Of a DNA stretch of 64,000 nt, positions 61,772-64,000 are shown in pieces; the stretch's first letter is position 1; each line of letters opens with the position of its first letter. The position numbers were made by a program, and so were the translations under genes. The notes under the pieces were generated by a model. The model was given only the letters and a program-made list of their open reading frames with translations. It made no database searches and had not been told where the DNA came from. The DNA comes from Gemmatimonadota bacterium (GTDB taxonomy: Bacteria > Gemmatimonadota > Gemmatimonadetes > Gemmatimonadales > GWC2-71-9), in the NCBI GenBank assembly GCA_039592335.1, contig JBDHBX010000003.1, positions 131,056 to 195,055 on the forward strand. The letters run 5' to 3'.

Positions 61772-61801
61772 CGGCCGGCCCCGGAGACCCGGAGCCGGCC
61801 G
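61772..61801 (+). terminator. Terminator hairpin between convergent hpt and the M28 peptidase gene
   Basis: CGGCCGGCCCCGG-agac-CCGGAGCCGGCCG (one mismatch) followed by CTCTGCTTTCGG. Confidence 0.55.
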
Positions 61802-61827
61802 CTCTGCTTTCGGACGAGGGCGGTCGC

Positions 61828-63492
61828 CTACTCGCCGCCCGCCATCACCGAATCACGCTTCGCCTTGAAGGCCACGCCTTCCCGCCAGTTGGGGAAAGTG
61901 TCCTCGTTGGCCAGCCGGAAGCCCACACGGAACAGCAGCTGCAGGTCGTCCACCGCACCGCTGAGATCCCAGTTCACGTCGTACTCGTCGGACGGCTTAT
62001 GGTAGTTCTCCGCGGTGTACTCGGCCTTGCGCTCCACCGTCCACGACTCGCCGTGCTCCACGTGGTCGATCCCCTGATCGGTGTACAGCGCCGGAACGCC
62101 TTCCTTGGCGAAGTTGAAGTGGTCGGAGCGGAAGTAGAAGCCCTTCTCCGCCTCTGGATCGGGCCGCACGCGCCGCTTCTGCTTGCGGGCCGCGTCGGTC
62201 AGGTAGTCGTCCAACTCGGAGTTGCCCAGGCCGATCACCGTGACGTCGTTCATCGGTCCGTAGATGTTGAGCCCGTCCATGTTTATCGCCGCCACCGTCT
62301 TGGCGAGTGGGACCGTCGGGTTCACGGCATAATGCGCCGAGCCCAGCAATCCCTGCTCCTCGGCCGTCACGGCGAGGAACATCACGGAGCGCAGCGGCCG
62401 CGTCTCCAATGACGCATACACCCTGGCGAGCTCCAGCAGGCCCGCTGTGCCGGTCGCATTGTCGAGCGCCCCGTTGTAGATCTGGTCGCCCTCGAGCGAG
62501 GCGTCCATTCCCAGGTGATCCCAGTGCGCCATGTACACCACGTACTCGTCGGCGCGCTCGCTGCCCAGCAGCATGCCCAGCACGTTGTTCGACGTGGAGC
62601 GGCGCACCGTGTTGCGCAGCGTGACCGACGCCGTCACCGGCATCGGCACGGGATTGAAGTTGCGCGTCCTCGCGAGCTGCGCGAAGGAGTCACAGTTGAG
62701 CCCCGCCTGCGTGAAGATGTCGCGCGCGGCGTCGAGCGTGAGCCAGCCCTCCACGGCGACGCGCGACATGTTGTTGTCTTCGCGCACCAGGTCGAACTGC
62801 GGCCCACTCCAGCTGCTCTCCACCACGGCCCAGGGGTACCCCGCCGCTTCGGTCTCGTGGATGATGAGCGCGGCCGCCGCACCCTGCCGCGCCGCTTCCT
62901 CGTACTTGTAGGTCCAGCGACCATAGTAGGTCATCGCGTTGCCATTGAACAACGCGGCGTCCTTGGTGGGAAAGCCCGGGTCATTGACCAGGATCACCAC
63001 GGTCTTGCCGGTGACGTCCACACCCTCGTAGTCGTTCCAGCCGTACTCCGGCGCCACAATGCCATATCCCACGAAGATCATTTCTGACGCGTTGATGCTC
63101 GACCGGTTGACCACGCGGGTAGTCCAGGCCATGAAGTCGCGTCCGTAGCGCCAGCGCGTGGTGCGGCCGTTCCCCGTAATCGTGAGTTGGGCACTCGGCC
63201 TCGCCGCAATAGAGACCAACGGCACCTCCTGCAGGTAGCTGTCGCCGTTCCCCGGCTCGAGCCCGATCGCCCGGAACTGTTCCTGGAGGTACGCGAGGGT
63301 ACGCTCCTCACCGACCGAGGAGGGCCCCCGGCCCTCGAAAGAGTCGGCGGACAGAATCTCCACGTGCGCCGCGAGCTCTTCCGCCGTCATGAGATCGAGT
63401 GCCGCTGTCAGCACGGGGTCCTCACCACAGCTCGCGGCGAGCAGGACCATCGCGGCCGTCGCGGTAATGCCGACAAACCTGTTCGCTTTCAT
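61828..63492 (-). CDS. M28-family aminopeptidase with PA domain, probable lipoprotein
   Basis: Lipobox LLAASC. Metal-ligand blocks YMAHWDHLG, NGALDNATG, FLAVTAEEQGLLGS and FRSDHFNF. ATG 63492. Confidence 0.85.
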   Translation of the reverse strand: MKANRFVGITATAAMVLLAASCGEDPVLTAALDLMTAEELAAHVEILSADSFEGRGPSSVGEERTLAYLQEQFRAIGLEPGNGDSYLQEVPLVSIAARPSAQLTITGNGRTTRWRYGRDFMAWTTRVVNRSSINASEMIFVGYGIVAPEYGWNDYEGVDVTGKTVVILVNDPGFPTKDAALFNGNAMTYYGRWTYKYEEAARQGAAAALIIHETEAAGYPWAVVESSWSGPQFDLVREDNNMSRVAVEGWLTLDAARDIFTQAGLNCDSFAQLARTRNFNPVPMPVTASVTLRNTVRRSTSNNVLGMLLGSERADEYVVYMAHWDHLGMDASLEGDQIYNGALDNATGTAGLLELARVYASLETRPLRSVMFLAVTAEEQGLLGSAHYAVNPTVPLAKTVAAINMDGLNIYGPMNDVTVIGLGNSELDDYLTDAARKQKRRVRPDPEAEKGFYFRSDHFNFAKEGVPALYTDQGIDHVEHGESWTVERKAEYTAENYHKPSDEYDVNWDLSGAVDDLQLLFRVGFRLANEDTFPNWREGVAFKAKRDSVMAGGE

Positions 63493-63622
63493 GAGACCGA
63501 CCTTCCTCCCCTGTTTCCACTTCAACCGTCGGCGAGTGGGGTCACACCACCACTCGCCAGCCCGACGTAGCCTAATGCCTTTGGCGCGAAACGGAAACGG
63601 GGAGGGGCCGCGGCTCGGGCGC

Positions 63623-64000
63623 TCAGCGCGACAGGGCGGACTCGCGGGACTCGGCGGAGGAGGGATCGCGCCGAGCGGGCTGCCGCCGCCTCACTCGGCG
63701 GTGCACCAGCCGGTACCCCAAGAGCAGGACCAGGGCGAGCCCGTACAGGGCCGGCCGACGCGTATCGGCCTTGACCAGCCAAAGGAAGTGGAGCACGGCA
63801 CCGGCGCCGGCCAGGTACACCAGTCGGTGCAGTCGCTGCCAGCGTTTGCCGCCGAGGCGCTTCACCCACCCGCGCGTCGACGTCACCGCGAGCGGGGCCA
63901 GGAGCAGGAACGTGGCGAAGCCCACGGTGACGTAGGGCCGCTCCGCCACGTCCTCGACCACGACGGCCAGCGAGAGCCCCTCGCCCGTGAGCCAGGTCTG
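63623..64000 (-). CDS. msrQ: MsrQ/YedZ-type heme-binding membrane subunit (ferric-reductase-like TM domain), 5' end outside the window
   Basis: The frame stays open to nt 64000 (..TWLTGEGLSLAVVVEDVAERPYVTVG). RLGGKRWQRLHRLVYLAGAGAVLHFLW is the conserved MsrQ His-containing helix. Confidence 0.7.
   Translation of the reverse strand, partial: QTWLTGEGLSLAVVVEDVAERPYVTVGFATFLLLAPLAVTSTRGWVKRLGGKRWQRLHRLVYLAGAGAVLHFLWLVKADTRRPALYGLALVLLLGYRLVHRRVRRRQPARRDPSSAESRESALSR

Noticed and set aside
1-64000. Whole-window scan for CRISPR repeats, tRNA/rRNA/tmRNA/RNase P signatures, IS elements, integrases, reverse transcriptases, toxin-antitoxin pairs or known defence-system genes
   Set aside because: I recognised none by eye. 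This was a manual scan, not a tRNAscan, Infernal or HMM run, so small RNAs could have been missed.

Overview
A 64 kb high-GC (about 65-72% by eye) bacterial chromosomal segment, densely coding, with about 60 protein genes. I found no rRNA, tRNA, CRISPR array, transposase or integrase. All family calls come from motif reading of the supplied translations; I ran no searches. The gene content (a short 285-aa RpoD-type sigma, several CarboxypepD_reg/plug proteins, BNR/sortilin, DUF1207) suggests a Gemmatimonadota-like or FCB-group organism, but this is a guess. Many long ORFs on the track are GC-rich antisense shadows and I rejected them.

Gene order:
- Housekeeping block: ctp, tmk, prmC, prfA, rpmE.
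- A tightly coupled plus-strand operon running from Crp to a GAF/HD-GYP protein.
- hyuAB, lnt, spoIID, rimO and a sigma factor.
- An NtrC-type response-regulator operon.
- Three CarboxypepD_reg paralogs.
- comM.
- A sigma-54 EBP / STAS / ECF / SnoaL module.
- MFS, thiI, SRPBCC, a class II photolyase and a fasciclin protein, divergent from a CarH/LitR-type B12 photoreceptor regulator.
- An ABC exporter, otsA and an MFS transporter.
- A low-GC S8 peptidase.
- A GNAT / methyltransferase / aromatic amino-acid decarboxylase / methyltransferase / PAT / DUF99 cluster.
- CopD, DUF1207, a BNR protein, hpt, an M28 peptidase and msrQ (partial).

Most interesting observations:
1. A candidate new ECF-sigma control module. 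A PAS-PAS sigma-54 activator sits upstream of a textbook -24/-12 promoter. That promoter drives a non-phosphorylatable STAS protein, an ECF sigma and a separate SnoaL-like protein, with no anti-sigma factor.
2. A CarH/LitR locus (Wx9EH and ExHxxG intact) with back-to-back consensus promoters embedded in 11-bp-phased TWGACW repeats. It appears to control a mini-ORF, fasciclin, photolyase, SRPBCC and possibly ThiI.
3. An Mla-type transporter whose ATPase subunit has lost every catalytic motif. It is embedded in an operon bracketed by cyclic-nucleotide signalling proteins.
4. A small arylalkylamine-type decarboxylase, methyltransferase and acetyltransferase cluster.

Smaller items: an orphan terminator with a structured non-coding interval, two decayed gene remnants, and several short-leader promoters.
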